Shown: positions 26,376 to 36,252 of the stretch, in pieces | Layout: every line of letters starts with the position of its first letter | Numbering within the stretch: position 1 is the first letter of the stretch | Source: Bacteroidota bacterium | GTDB taxonomy: Bacteria > Bacteroidota > Ignavibacteria > UBA10030 > SZUA-254 | Length of the DNA: 64,000 bases | Assembly (NCBI GenBank): GCA_033854175.1 | Contig: JAWOKN010000056.1 | Span: 3,736-67,735 of the forward strand | Direction of reading: 5' to 3' | The notes under the pieces: generated by a model | Told to the model about the DNA's origin: nothing | Database searches by the model: none | Seen by the model: the letters and a program-made list of their open reading frames with translations, nothing else | Position numbers and translations under genes: made by a program

Positions 26376-27713
26376 ATGAACAACGCACTGACCATTGACC
26401 GTCTGCAGTTCGCCTTCACGGTCTCCTTCCACTATCTCTTCCCGCAGCTGACGATGGGGCTGGCGCTTTTCATCGTGATCCTGAAGTGGCTCGGTTTCAG
26501 GAACAACGACGAAACCTACGACAAGGCGGCAAGGTTCTGGGGGAAGATCTTCGCATTGAATTTCTTCGCCGGTGTCATCACCGGCATACCGATGGAATTC
26601 CAGTTCGGGACCAACTGGGCGCGGTTCTCGAAAATCACCGGCGGCGTGATCGGGCAGACGCTGGCGATGGAGGGGGTATTCTCCTTTTTCCTCGAATCGA
26701 GTTTCCTCGGGCTCTTCCTTTTCGGCGAGAAGAGGCTCGGACCAAGGAAGCACTTCCTCTCGGCGCTTCTCGTCTTCATCGGCTCGTGGTTATCGGGGTA
26801 CATGATCGTGCAGACAGACGCCTGGATGCAGCACCCCGTGGGGTACGAACTCACGGCTGACGGCACCATTCAGCTCACCGACTGGTTTGCCTTGCTCTTC
26901 AACCCGTGGGGATTGTGGCAGTACGCGCACACAATGGCCGGGGCGGTCGTGACTGCCTCGTTCGTGATGATGGCGGTGGGGGCTTATTACCTCTTATCGG
27001 AGAGGGAGAGCGGGCATGCCAGAATCTACCTGCGACACGGCGTCGTGGTGGGGATCGTGGCGTCGGTCATCCTCATTTTTCCGACGGGGGACCAGCAGGG
27101 GAAAAACGTGGCCTACAACCAGCCCGCGACTCTTGCCGCGATGGAATGCGTGTTCAAGTCGAAGGAGGGGGCGGAGCTGATCCTCATCGGGCAGCCCGAC
27201 ATGGAAAAGGAGCGGATGGACAACCCGCTGCACATACCGAAGATGCTCAGCTTCCTCACCTACAACAGGTGGAACGCACGCGTGGTGGGGCTGGACGAGA
27301 TACCGGCGGAGTTACGGCCCGACAACATACCGCTTCTCTATTACACCTATCACATCATGGTGGGGCTGGGGACAATCTTCGTGGCCATACTGGTAACGAG
27401 CATCCTTCTCTTATGGAAGAAAAAACTCTTCACCTCGCGATGGATGCAATGGATACTCCTCTTGAGCTTCCCGTTCCCCTACATTGCCAACACGGCGGGC
27501 TGGATGACGGCTGAACTGGGGCGGCAGCCGTGGCTGGTCTACAATCTCCTCAGGACGGCGGAAGGGACATCGCCGACCGTGGCGGCGGGGAACGCGCTCT
27601 TCACGCTCCTCGGGTTTCTGGGGATGTACCTTGTCGTGGGGGTCGTCTTCATCATGCTGGTCGTCAACATCATCAACGGGGGACCGGAAAAAGTGTCCCG
27701 GGCCGGATACTGA
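26376..27713 (+). CDS. cydA: Cytochrome bd-type quinol oxidase subunit I
   Basis: MNNALTIDRLQFAFTVSFHYLFPQLTMGLALFIV..., GWMTAELGRQPW. Confidence 0.95.
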   Translation: MNNALTIDRLQFAFTVSFHYLFPQLTMGLALFIVILKWLGFRNNDETYDKAARFWGKIFALNFFAGVITGIPMEFQFGTNWARFSKITGGVIGQTLAMEGVFSFFLESSFLGLFLFGEKRLGPRKHFLSALLVFIGSWLSGYMIVQTDAWMQHPVGYELTADGTIQLTDWFALLFNPWGLWQYAHTMAGAVVTASFVMMAVGAYYLLSERESGHARIYLRHGVVVGIVASVILIFPTGDQQGKNVAYNQPATLAAMECVFKSKEGAELILIGQPDMEKERMDNPLHIPKMLSFLTYNRWNARVVGLDEIPAELRPDNIPLLYYTYHIMVGLGTIFVAILVTSILLLWKKKLFTSRWMQWILLLSFPFPYIANTAGWMTAELGRQPWLVYNLLRTAEGTSPTVAAGNALFTLLGFLGMYLVVGVVFIMLVVNIINGGPEKVSRAGY

Positions 27714-27732
27714 TCTTTCAAAGGAACTAGCC

Positions 27733-28767
27733 ATGGAAGCACTCTGGTTCTGGATCATCGCCCTGATGATCGTCGTCTACGTGATCCTGGACGGGTTCGA
27801 TCTCGGGATAGGGGTCATATACTTCCTGATAACCAAAAACGACAGCGAGCGGTCGCTGTTATTGAAGACCATCGCGCACGTATGGGACGGAAACGAAGTC
27901 TGGCTTCTGGCCGGGGGCGGCGTATTATTCCTGGCATTCCCGGCGGTCTATGCGGCATCGTTCAGCGGATTCTACCTCCCCCTGATGATCGTCCTATGGC
28001 TTCTGATGCTGCGCGGCGGAGGAATCGAACTCCGGCATTACGTCCATCATCCGCTCTGGAGAAAATTCTGGGACAGAACATTTTCCGTCTCGAGCCTTCT
28101 TCTGGCGATATTTCTGGGCGCCGCACTGGGTAATGTCGTACGGGGAGTCCCGCTGACACGTGAGGGATACTTCTTCGAGCCGCTCTGGACGACCTTCACG
28201 GTTGTGCCGGAGGCGGGGATACTCGACTGGTTCACGGTCATGATGGGACTGGTGGCGCTGGCGACGCTGACACTGCACGGGGCCGTCTATGTCAGCATGA
28301 AAACGACGGGAGAAATCCAGGCACGGGCGCGGACAATCGGACAGTGGGTCTGGTGGATTGCGTTATTCATGTCCGTCGACATGTTCATCGCGACCTGGAC
28401 CATTCACCCGGATCTCTGGGCGAACTACGCCGAGCATGCGGGGGGATTCATCCTCCCGGTGGGCGGGGTGGCGGGGATACTCGCGACCTATATCGCCATC
28501 GTGCGGAAAAAGGACACGGCTGCATTTTGTTTCTCGACGCTCTACATCATTTCCATGCTGGCGGCGACGGCATTTGCGGTCTATCCGAACCTGTTATTGG
28601 CATCCACGCAGAAGGAATACTCGCTCACGATCTACAACTCGGCCGCCCGGAGTTACGGACTGGGGGCAGCGCTCTACTGGTGGATACCGGGAATTCTGCT
28701 CGCCGCGCTCTACTTCACATATCTTTTCAGGACATTCCGGGGGAAGGTACAACCCTCGGAGGAATAA
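27733..28767 (+). CDS. cydB: Cytochrome bd-type quinol oxidase subunit II
   Basis: ATG 27733 gives MEALWFWIIALMIVVYVILDGFDLGIG... The ORF-track start 27631 overlaps cydA. Confidence 0.9.
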   Translation: MEALWFWIIALMIVVYVILDGFDLGIGVIYFLITKNDSERSLLLKTIAHVWDGNEVWLLAGGGVLFLAFPAVYAASFSGFYLPLMIVLWLLMLRGGGIELRHYVHHPLWRKFWDRTFSVSSLLLAIFLGAALGNVVRGVPLTREGYFFEPLWTTFTVVPEAGILDWFTVMMGLVALATLTLHGAVYVSMKTTGEIQARARTIGQWVWWIALFMSVDMFIATWTIHPDLWANYAEHAGGFILPVGGVAGILATYIAIVRKKDTAAFCFSTLYIISMLAATAFAVYPNLLLASTQKEYSLTIYNSAARSYGLGAALYWWIPGILLAALYFTYLFRTFRGKVQPSEE

Positions 28768-29090
28768 TCCCGGGAGAACAGGCATCAACATCCGGTGGCC
28801 GGCATGCCGGTGGGTGGTGCTTCTTACAAATGAGATTAAAAAATTCCCCTCTTTTCAGGCGTGATAGCTTCCCCGTGTAAATCAAAAAAAAGCGGGACAA
28901 TTTCCATGAATCAGACGACTGAAGGGTGGAATAGTTCTTGCAGATATCGTGGAATTGCGACACTGGCATCCGAGTGGGAACTTCAAAGAAGAAGCACCAT
29001 TCCCGCTCATCGTGGTTACGGATTGAAAACGAACAGATCCGCAGAAGCATAACAGACAGGCACCAAGATACAACAGTGAAGGAACATCGT

Positions 29091-29306
29091 ATGGATCATC
29101 GAATGAACGGGGAAATCGTGGAAATCTACATCAGGGACGGGTCGACGCTTGCGAAAGTGCGCGTGGACGGCACCTATTTTCACGTTCCGCTTCTTCTCCT
29201 GATGAACGCCCATGTGGGCGACCACATCATCATCGACGCCGGAATCGCATTAACAAGGATCGAACGGAAGGCAAAGAGCCGGCAGGCTGCAGAACCGGCG
29301 CTGTAG
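29091..29306 (+). CDS. HypC/HupF-like small OB-fold protein lacking the N-terminal Cys
   Basis: MDHRMNGEIVEIYIRDGSTLAKVRVDGTYFHVPLLLLMNAHVGDHIIIDAGIALTRIE parallels MCL-x-IPG-x-I/V-x-EI...A-x-VD-x-G-G-x-x-x-V-x-L...GD-x-V-L-V-H-x-G-x-A-I. The essential Cys2 is absent. Confidence 0.55.
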   Translation: MDHRMNGEIVEIYIRDGSTLAKVRVDGTYFHVPLLLLMNAHVGDHIIIDAGIALTRIERKAKSRQAAEPAL

Positions 29307-29526
29307 AAAGACGTCTGATCGACGGAGAGGATCCGGCAGGAGGCTGTTTCCGAACACCCGGGAAAGCATGAAGCTATCCCACCATCCAGAAGAGTAACCC
29401 CCCCTTGAGGATGCACACCCGTTTTTTTACCCTAAATTCCGGACAGATATTCACGCGGAGGCAGGCAGAGAAATCAGACAAAAAGCGCGAATTTGCGATT
29501 CGGCCGAATAATGGCTAATATGCTGC

Positions 29527-32202
29527 ATGATGATCGGCACGCTCATATCCCATTACAAAATACTTGAAAAACTCGGCGAGGGAGGAATGGGTGTGGTATA
29601 CAAGGCGCACGACACAAAGCTCGAGCGCGTGGTTGCGCTGAAATTCCCCCCTCAGGCGCTCACGGCCGACCCGGAGGAGAGGGAGCGGTTTTACCAGGAG
29701 GCCCGATCGGCATCGCAGCTTCTCCACCCGAACGTCTGCACGATCTTTGAGATCAACGAATCGGAGAAGCAAATCTATATTGCCATGGAGTATGTCGACG
29801 GCCCGACCCTCAAGAAACGGATTCAGGCAGACAATCCGATGCCCCTGGGAAAATCCCTTGACATCGCCATCCAGATCTGCAACGGGCTTGTTGCCGCCCA
29901 TGAAAAGGGGATCGTGCACCGGGACATCAAATCCGAGAACATACTGCTGACGGCCAGGGGGGAGGTAAAAATCACCGATTTCGGACTCGCCAAGCTCAAA
30001 GGTGCGGAGAAGCTCACGAAAACAGGAAGTACATTGGGCACTGCCGCCTACATGTCCCCCGAGCAGGCGCGTGGTGAGGATGTCGATGCGAGAAGCGACA
30101 TATTCTCCTGCGGGGTGGTACTGTATGAACTCTTCGCCGGCAGGCTTCCTTTCCGCGGAGAACACCAGGCTGCGATACTCTACTCACTGGTGAACGAAGA
30201 GCCCGCGCCCCTGGCGAGGTTCAATGAGCACGTGTCGCCGGACCTGCAGCATATTGTTTCAAAGGCGCTCGCCAAAGACAGGGAGGACCGTTATCAGCAT
30301 GCCGACGAAATGCTTGCCGACTTGAGGCGGGAACGCAAACGCATGGAGTACGCGCGAACCGGTGTAATCATACAGCCAAAAGTGGTTTCCTCCACGCAAG
30401 AAGTCCAAGCGCAGGAAGCCTCAGACCGTTCGGGAGGCACCAAGCGAGTGATATGGGGCGTCGCCGGTGCTGTCATTCTTCTTGTCGCAGCCGGTATTTA
30501 TCTCACGGTCTGGAAACCCGGACCCAATCAGAGCGCGACAAATTCCGCAATCAGCAAGATTGCGGTACTCCCATTCGAGAACATCGGACCATCCGACAAG
30601 GAATATTTTGCGGACGGTCTCACCGACGAGATACGGACAAAGCTCAGTGGGCTTTCGAATCTGGCCGTCATTGCCCGTGCAAGTTCGATGCAGTACAAAA
30701 AGACCACGAAATCCATCTCGGAAATCGGCACCGAACTCAGTGTCGGTTACCTGTTGCAGGGGACCATACGATGGGAGGAAGGAGGATCGTCCCAGAGTGC
30801 TGTTCACCTTTTGGTAAATCCTTCCCTGGTGAAAATCACCGACGGGACGCAGGTCTGGTCGCAGTCATTCGAAGGGACCCTGTCGAGCGTCTTTCAGATG
30901 CAATCCGACATCGCGCAGCAGGTCGCACGCGCGCTCGAGGTGGCATTGAATCCCAGCGACCAGCAAGTCATCACCTCGAGGCCGACCAACAACGCCGAAG
31001 CGTACGATTACTTTTTACAGGGGCAGCAAAAATTGTATTTGCCGACCTCGGCGGACATGAAAGAGGCGCTTCCGATGTTTGAGAAAGCGATCAAACTTGA
31101 TCCAAAATTTGTCGCCGCCTATGCGGATTTATCCCGTGCGTACGCTTTCGCGACATTTCAGGGAATGAGCCCTGACAGCCTCCTTGTGTTATCGAAGAAA
31201 TCGCTTGACAAGGTCAAAGAACTGGAACCAAATTCGTTTCTGGCAAACTGGTCGGAAGGCTACTACTATTATTACGGGTTCAGAGATTACGACCAGGCAT
31301 TACGGCACTTCACCACGGCACTGAATCTCCAGCCCAACAATGTGGACATCATATCCGCGATCGGGTATGTCAAGCGGAGGCAGGGAAAATTCCAGGAAAG
31401 CCGCGATCTCCTCGCCAGGAGCTGTGATCTTGACCCGCAGGCGTGGCGCAACTGGTTCGAGCTCGGCTATGTAGAGCTCGTCATGCGTCAATATCCTCTG
31501 GCGGACGAACACATGAAGCGGGCGCTCCTGGTTTTCGGCAAGGGAAATGTCGCGGTAGCGGCATATCATTCGCAGGCCATCTTCTCCATGAACGGCGACG
31601 TCAGGGGGGCGCAGGAACTCTTCGACCGGGAGGCCGGCGAAAACAGATCGTGGTTATACAAGATGAGGAGTGCTCAACTCCATCTTGCGGGCGGGAATGT
31701 CGGCGCCGCCATAAATGATCTTTCCCGTGCGGTGCTCTCGGAGCCGGACGTGGATTCCACGGTCTACTACATGTTCTCAGGGCTCCTGCATGAACAATCC
31801 GGGCCCCGTAGTGCAGGGCGTGCTTATTTCGATAGTGCAAGAATTCTCGCAGAAAGAACAGTACACAACGCCCCCAATCAGGCCGTGGCTCACATGAATC
31901 TGGGAATCATCCTGGCTCATCTCGGACAAAAAGCCCGTGCAATTGAGGAGGGGGAAAAGGGGGTACGACTGATGCCGCTGGAAAAGGACGCGCTTGATGA
32001 AGGGCCGAACGCACTCTATGAGTTAGCTCAGATTTACGCTCTCACGGGAGAATCTGACGCTGCAATCGACAAGCTTGAACAGATATTGAGCATTCCAAAC
32101 ATGTACTCGGTCTATTTTGTGCAATCCGATCAGGAGCTTGCATCACTTGCGACGCTGCCCCGGTTTCAGAAATTGCTGGAAAAGTACAAAACTGCGCGGT
32201 AA
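29527..32202 (+). CDS. Ser/Thr protein kinase with TM helix, TolB-N-like periplasmic module and C-terminal TPR repeats
   Basis: Kinase motifs: GEGGMGVVYKA, VALK, HRDIKSENILL, DFGLAK, SPEQ. The TM helix is VIWGVAGAVILLVAAGIYLTVW. The extracytoplasmic part has IAVLPFENIGPSDKEYFADGLTDEI followed by multiple TPR-like repeats. Confidence 0.9.
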   Translation: MMIGTLISHYKILEKLGEGGMGVVYKAHDTKLERVVALKFPPQALTADPEERERFYQEARSASQLLHPNVCTIFEINESEKQIYIAMEYVDGPTLKKRIQADNPMPLGKSLDIAIQICNGLVAAHEKGIVHRDIKSENILLTARGEVKITDFGLAKLKGAEKLTKTGSTLGTAAYMSPEQARGEDVDARSDIFSCGVVLYELFAGRLPFRGEHQAAILYSLVNEEPAPLARFNEHVSPDLQHIVSKALAKDREDRYQHADEMLADLRRERKRMEYARTGVIIQPKVVSSTQEVQAQEASDRSGGTKRVIWGVAGAVILLVAAGIYLTVWKPGPNQSATNSAISKIAVLPFENIGPSDKEYFADGLTDEIRTKLSGLSNLAVIARASSMQYKKTTKSISEIGTELSVGYLLQGTIRWEEGGSSQSAVHLLVNPSLVKITDGTQVWSQSFEGTLSSVFQMQSDIAQQVARALEVALNPSDQQVITSRPTNNAEAYDYFLQGQQKLYLPTSADMKEALPMFEKAIKLDPKFVAAYADLSRAYAFATFQGMSPDSLLVLSKKSLDKVKELEPNSFLANWSEGYYYYYGFRDYDQALRHFTTALNLQPNNVDIISAIGYVKRRQGKFQESRDLLARSCDLDPQAWRNWFELGYVELVMRQYPLADEHMKRALLVFGKGNVAVAAYHSQAIFSMNGDVRGAQELFDREAGENRSWLYKMRSAQLHLAGGNVGAAINDLSRAVLSEPDVDSTVYYMFSGLLHEQSGPRSAGRAYFDSARILAERTVHNAPNQAVAHMNLGIILAHLGQKARAIEEGEKGVRLMPLEKDALDEGPNALYELAQIYALTGESDAAIDKLEQILSIPNMYSVYFVQSDQELASLATLPRFQKLLEKYKTAR

Positions 32203-32210
32203 CACCGGAC

Positions 32211-32227
32211 CTGAGGAAGATCCTCAG
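32211..32227 (+). terminator. Short hairpin after the kinase gene
   Basis: CTGAGGA-aga-TCCTCAG forms a 7-bp stem 9 nt after the stop. It is followed by a C/T-rich tract, not a clean T-run. Confidence 0.35.
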
Positions 32228-32339
32228 CCTCCTTCCTGATCATCCCTCCCCCTGGAACCCCCGCATGGGACAGATTCAAAGTCCTGCCTCAATTTTCGAA
32301 AAGAAATTCAAATGAGGCAACGAATCCCGCGATAAAAAC

Positions 32340-32380
32340 CTTCATTTATGATGAAGAATTATTCAACAGTACGTGTTGAA
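32340..32380. promoter_or_regulatory. Two adjacent palindromes in an AT-rich region (candidate activator binding sites)
   Basis: CTTCAT-ttatg-ATGAAG (32340-32356) and TTCAACA-gtacg-TGTTGAA (32362-32380) lie ~180-220 bp upstream of the sigma54-like element at 32560. Confidence 0.3.
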
Positions 32381-32559
32381 TAAATAAACGCATTCATAAA
32401 TACTTGTTTTGAAATTATTTACACATCTTCAGCAGCCTTCGCCCGGTTTTCTGTAAAATAATTCATCAACTCTTCTTCATCTCAATCCTGAAAAAAAGTT
32501 TCACTCCCCCATCTTCTTACATATTCACCACTTAGCATCACGGTTTTTTCCATAGTTAC

Positions 32560-32575
32560 TGGCATGATATTTACA
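32560..32575 (+). promoter_or_regulatory. Sigma54-like promoter (TGGCAT-N5-TTACA) upstream of the GcvH-like/NrfCD-like operon
   Basis: TGGCAT-GATAT-TTACA, with a predicted TSS ~40 nt upstream of ATG 32626, so the GAAGGAG RBS falls in the leader. The -12 GC is AC, which makes this a weak match. Confidence 0.3.
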
Positions 32576-32625
32576 TAAGTGATGGGTGAATAAATAAGCA
32601 CGCAAGGACAGAAGGAGCAGTGAAA

Positions 32626-33303
32626 ATGACAGTCATATTCGTAATAGCGACGATTATATTCTTCCTCACGCTTGATTGGGTTGTGAGGCGGATAAGGGCA
32701 AGAAAAGCAGCACCGGTAACTGCGGTACACCCGTCGGCATATCCGATACGTGTACCGGAGGGGATATTCTTCACCAGATCGCACACCTGGCTCAATCTTT
32801 TCCCCTCGGGGAAAGTACGGCTCGGAATCGATGATTTTGTGGGCCGCATGGTAGAAAACCCGCAGATCATTTTCCTCAAGAAAAGCGGCGAGAGTATCTC
32901 CCGTGGAGAGCCCCTGTTGACGATGAAGGAAGACGAGCATCTGCTGACCGTCAGATCGCCGATCGACGGGGAGATCGAATCGATCAACGAGGAACTCCCG
33001 CGGCATCCCGACCTTTTGAAGGACCTCCTTTTCAGTGACGGCTGGGCATACACGATCAAGCCGAGAAAGTTCTCTGAAATCAAGGGCTTACTTCTCGGGA
33101 CAGAGACGAGGGAATGGATGCGGGCGGAATTCGGCCGTCTGCGTGATTTCTTTGCGGGGATCTCTCACAACGGCACAATAGCCCCGGCCCTCCTGCAGGA
33201 CGGCGGGCCGCCGATGGCGGGCGTCATGAAAACGATGGACGACGCGGTGTGGCAGAATTTCGAGCATGAGTTCCTCACGATCGAAGAATCTGAAAGGGCA
33301 TAG
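32626..33303 (+). CDS. Membrane-anchored GcvH-fold protein (no lipoyl-lysine), paralogue 1
   Basis: ATG 32626 lies 8 nt after GAAGGAG. The N-terminal TM helix is MTVIFVIATIIFFLTLDWVVRRIRARK. The GcvH-like core is FFTRSHTWLNLFPSGKVRLGIDDFVGRMVENPQIIFLKKSGESISRGEPLLTMKEDEHLLTVRSPIDGEIESINEELPRHPDLLKDLLFSDGWAYTIKP. The C-terminal extension contains LQDGG. Confidence 0.7.
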   Translation: MTVIFVIATIIFFLTLDWVVRRIRARKAAPVTAVHPSAYPIRVPEGIFFTRSHTWLNLFPSGKVRLGIDDFVGRMVENPQIIFLKKSGESISRGEPLLTMKEDEHLLTVRSPIDGEIESINEELPRHPDLLKDLLFSDGWAYTIKPRKFSEIKGLLLGTETREWMRAEFGRLRDFFAGISHNGTIAPALLQDGGPPMAGVMKTMDDAVWQNFEHEFLTIEESERA

Positions 33304-33305
33304 CG

Positions 33306-34124
33306 ATGGCGAGTGCGAAGGCGATGTTAATCGACCTCACGATGTGCATCGGGTGCAATTCGTGTCAGGATGCCTGCAAGAAGGCAAACGGTTTACCCGA
33401 AGGGGAGGAACAGCAGTTATCGGCAACCGCCTATACGGCGCTCAATGAATACAACGGCGTCTATGTCCGGAGGATGTGTCAGCACTGCATCCAGCCGACC
33501 TGTGCATCGGTCTGTCCCGTTGGTGCGTTGAAAAAGACGCCCGAGGGGCCTGTCCTCTACGACGAATCGAAGTGTATCGGCTGCCGGTACTGCATGCAGG
33601 CATGTCCGTTCCAGGTGCCTAGGTACGAGTGGAGCAGCACCTATCCGAGAATCCAGAAATGCCGCTTCTGTGCGGAGAGGCTTGCGAAGGGGATGCCCAC
33701 GGCATGTTCGGAGGCATGTCCGACGGGTGCGACAAAATTCGGCGACCGGGACGAACTGGTGCGCGAGGCCTACCAGCGGATATCCGCGGAACCGGGGAAA
33801 TACATCGACAAGGTCTACGGCCTCCAGGAAGTCGGAGGGACGTCAATACTGTACCTCTCCTCGGTTCCGTTCGAGCAGCTGGGATTCAAGACCCAGCTGG
33901 AGTCCAACGCGCTGCCGCTCCTCACGTGGAACGTGCTGTCGAAGATTCCGAACGTGGTCAGTGTCGGCGGAGTGGCGCTCTTCGGCATCTGGTGGATCAC
34001 CAACCGCCGGATGGAACTCGAGAAAGAGCGAAAAAACGGCCGGGCAAACGGTACGGCGCCGGGGGATGACCATCATTCCCGGAAAGAACAAACCCAACAA
34101 ACCGAGAATGGAGAGAGAGTATGA
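33306..34124 (+). CDS. NrfC/HybA/PsrB/DsrO-type 4x[4Fe-4S] ferredoxin subunit with C-terminal TM anchor, no Tat/Sec signal
   Basis: Four cluster motifs: CIGCNSCQDAC, CQHCIQPTCASVCP, CIGCRYCMQACP and CRFC...CSEACP. The C-terminal helix is VVSVGGVALFGIWWITN. The protein starts MASAKAMLIDLTMCIGC, with no RRxFLK. Confidence 0.9.
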   Translation: MASAKAMLIDLTMCIGCNSCQDACKKANGLPEGEEQQLSATAYTALNEYNGVYVRRMCQHCIQPTCASVCPVGALKKTPEGPVLYDESKCIGCRYCMQACPFQVPRYEWSSTYPRIQKCRFCAERLAKGMPTACSEACPTGATKFGDRDELVREAYQRISAEPGKYIDKVYGLQEVGGTSILYLSSVPFEQLGFKTQLESNALPLLTWNVLSKIPNVVSVGGVALFGIWWITNRRMELEKERKNGRANGTAPGDDHHSRKEQTQQTENGERV

Positions 34125-35323
34125 AACGCAGACTTCAGCAACTGACACTCTGGAAGGTCGTCGCCGGGCTGATCATCCTCAGCGGCCTCATATCAACCTA
34201 CGTCCGTTTCGCAAAAGGGCTGGGGGCGGCGACGCACCTGAGCGATCAATTCCCGTGGGGATTATGGATCGGGTTTGACATCCTGTGCGGCGTGGGGCTT
34301 GCGGCCGGGGGGTTCACGCTGGCTGCGATCGTCTACATCTTCAACATCAGGCGGTTTGAAGCGATCATCCGGCCGACCATCTTGACGGCATTCCTCGGCT
34401 ATCTCCTTGTGATTGCCGCGCTGATGTTCGATCTCGGGCGGCCGCTGCAGATATGGCATGCGATCATCATGTGGAACCATCACTCGGTCATGTTCGAGGT
34501 CGCGTGGTGCGTCATGCTCTACACGACAGTTCTCGCCCTTGAATTTTCGCCGATGCTCTTTGAAAAATTCAGGATGAACAACACGCTGAAGACATTCCAC
34601 AAAATCAGCATACCGCTCATTATCCTCGGGGTGATCCTCTCGACGCTGCACCAGTCGTCGCTCGGCTCGCTCTACCTCATCGTGCCCGAGAAGCTCTACG
34701 GCCTCTGGTATTCCGCCTATCTGCCGGTATTCTTCTACGTCTCGGCGATCGCGGTCGGCTGTGCGATGGTCATCTTCGAATCCATCCTGAGTTCCCGGGC
34801 GTTCCGGAAGAGCCTGGAAACGAACCTCCTTGCGGAGCTGGCCCGCATCAGCGTCGTGGCGCTCGCCGTTTACGCCACGATGAAGATCGTCGACTTGAAG
34901 GACCGCGACGTCATCAGCCTCCTCTTCCTCCCCCGCGCCGAGACCTATTTTTACTGGGCTGAGATCACCGTCGGGGTCATCGCACCGATCATACTTTTCT
35001 CCATCAGAAAAGCCCGTGAGAGTCAGACGGGGTTATTCGCCGGGGCCACGATGATCATCACCGGGTTCATCATGAACCGTCTCAACATCAGTCTGACGGG
35101 GATGGAAGGCTGGGCCGGTCTTTCCTACTTCCCGTCATGGATGGAAATTTCCGTCACCCTCACCATCGTCACGGTGGGGTTCATTGCATTCCGGCTTGCG
35201 GCCAAATATCTGCCGGTGTTCAAGCCCGAACTGAACGTTCCCGAAAAGGAATTCGCACACCCGATCGTCGAGGATCTCCACAGCGTCTCATCGTCGCGGG
35301 AACGCTCGATGATACTGGAATAA
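34121..35323 (+). CDS. NrfD/HybB/PsrC/DsrP-type polytopic quinone-interacting membrane subunit (~10 TM)
   Basis: ATGA overlap with the FeS gene. LSDQFPWGLWIGFDILCGVGLAAGGFTLAAIVYIF is the NrfD-family signature region. About 10 hydrophobic helices are visible. Confidence 0.9.
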   Translation: MKRRLQQLTLWKVVAGLIILSGLISTYVRFAKGLGAATHLSDQFPWGLWIGFDILCGVGLAAGGFTLAAIVYIFNIRRFEAIIRPTILTAFLGYLLVIAALMFDLGRPLQIWHAIIMWNHHSVMFEVAWCVMLYTTVLALEFSPMLFEKFRMNNTLKTFHKISIPLIILGVILSTLHQSSLGSLYLIVPEKLYGLWYSAYLPVFFYVSAIAVGCAMVIFESILSSRAFRKSLETNLLAELARISVVALAVYATMKIVDLKDRDVISLLFLPRAETYFYWAEITVGVIAPIILFSIRKARESQTGLFAGATMIITGFIMNRLNISLTGMEGWAGLSYFPSWMEISVTLTIVTVGFIAFRLAAKYLPVFKPELNVPEKEFAHPIVEDLHSVSSSRERSMILE

Positions 35324-35328
35324 TTGTC

Positions 35329-36087
35329 ATGAACGAGAATCAAAAAAATTACACAATCATCCCTGAAGGAGACTCCCGGTGTGTCTGGATGTCGGCCGGG
35401 ATCCTCAGCTACCAGCTCTGCAACCGCGCATTCGACTGCGACGCATGTCCGCTCGACATGGCGATGCGGCAGCACTTCCCGCGACCCGAGGGGGAGAAGG
35501 ATGAGGCGGCGCCAGGCAGGGAGCGTGAGGAAACAGAACTCCGCGGCGCGTACAGTTACACGGCAACGCATTTCTGGGTAAAGTCGATCTCCACCTCGCT
35601 CTACCGTGTGGGACTTGAACCGGGGATAGCCCACGCATTATTCGTCCCGCGGACCATCGTCTTGCCCGCCTCGGGTGAAACGCTCCAGGCATCGCAGCCC
35701 TGTCTCTGGTTCGTGATGGAGGCCGCGACCGTCCCCTTCGACGCATTCGCCGACGGCGTGGTTGTGACGCAGAATGTGCTCTTGCCGGAGCGGCCCTACA
35801 AAGTCCATTACCATCCGTACGACCAGGGATGGCTCTTTGACATGAAGTTCGACGCAGCGGGGGGTGAGCCGGATCTCCTGACCGCGGTCCAGGCGGAGAA
35901 ACTCTACGGCAGGGACCAGAAACTCTTCCGTGACAGGCTCCGCGACACGCTACAGACCGCGCCGGCTGGAGCGACACTCCAGGACGGCGGACAGCTTTTG
36001 AAAAATCTCCCTGAAATGCTCGGACCGAAGAAATACTTCGATCTCATCGAGGAGATCTTTCTGAAAAGGGGTGTCACAAAAAAATAA
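35329..36087 (+). CDS. Cys4-motif + GcvH-fold protein (no lipoyl-lysine), paralogue 2
   Basis: ATG 35329 lies 5 nt after the nrfD-like stop. The N-terminus has CVWMSAGILSYQLCNRAFDCDACP (C-x12-C-x5-C-x2-C). The GcvH-like core is YTATHFWVKSISTSLYRVGLEPGIAHALF...ADGVVVTQNVLLPERPYKVHYHPYDQGWLFDMKF. The C-terminal extension contains LQDGG, as in 32626..33303. Confidence 0.65.
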   Translation: MNENQKNYTIIPEGDSRCVWMSAGILSYQLCNRAFDCDACPLDMAMRQHFPRPEGEKDEAAPGREREETELRGAYSYTATHFWVKSISTSLYRVGLEPGIAHALFVPRTIVLPASGETLQASQPCLWFVMEAATVPFDAFADGVVVTQNVLLPERPYKVHYHPYDQGWLFDMKFDAAGGEPDLLTAVQAEKLYGRDQKLFRDRLRDTLQTAPAGATLQDGGQLLKNLPEMLGPKKYFDLIEEIFLKRGVTKK

Positions 36088-36252
36088 CCCGCCGCGAACA
36101 GGCTGGACGGGGGTACCGCTCACCCGGGGGTGTACAGGGGTGGGCGGTAGTTATTCGGGGTGGGGGTGATCCGGTAAAACCACCTTTAACCATTTTGTGA
36201 TAAAATCCCCGAATTCATTTCAAATCTGATAACTCCGGGGGAAAAGACGGGC

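Noticed and set aside
29512-29527. Sigma54-like match TGGCTA-ATATG-CTGCA.
   Set aside because: It ends at the kinase start codon itself, leaving no room for a transcript leader. The kinase N-terminus is clearly authentic.
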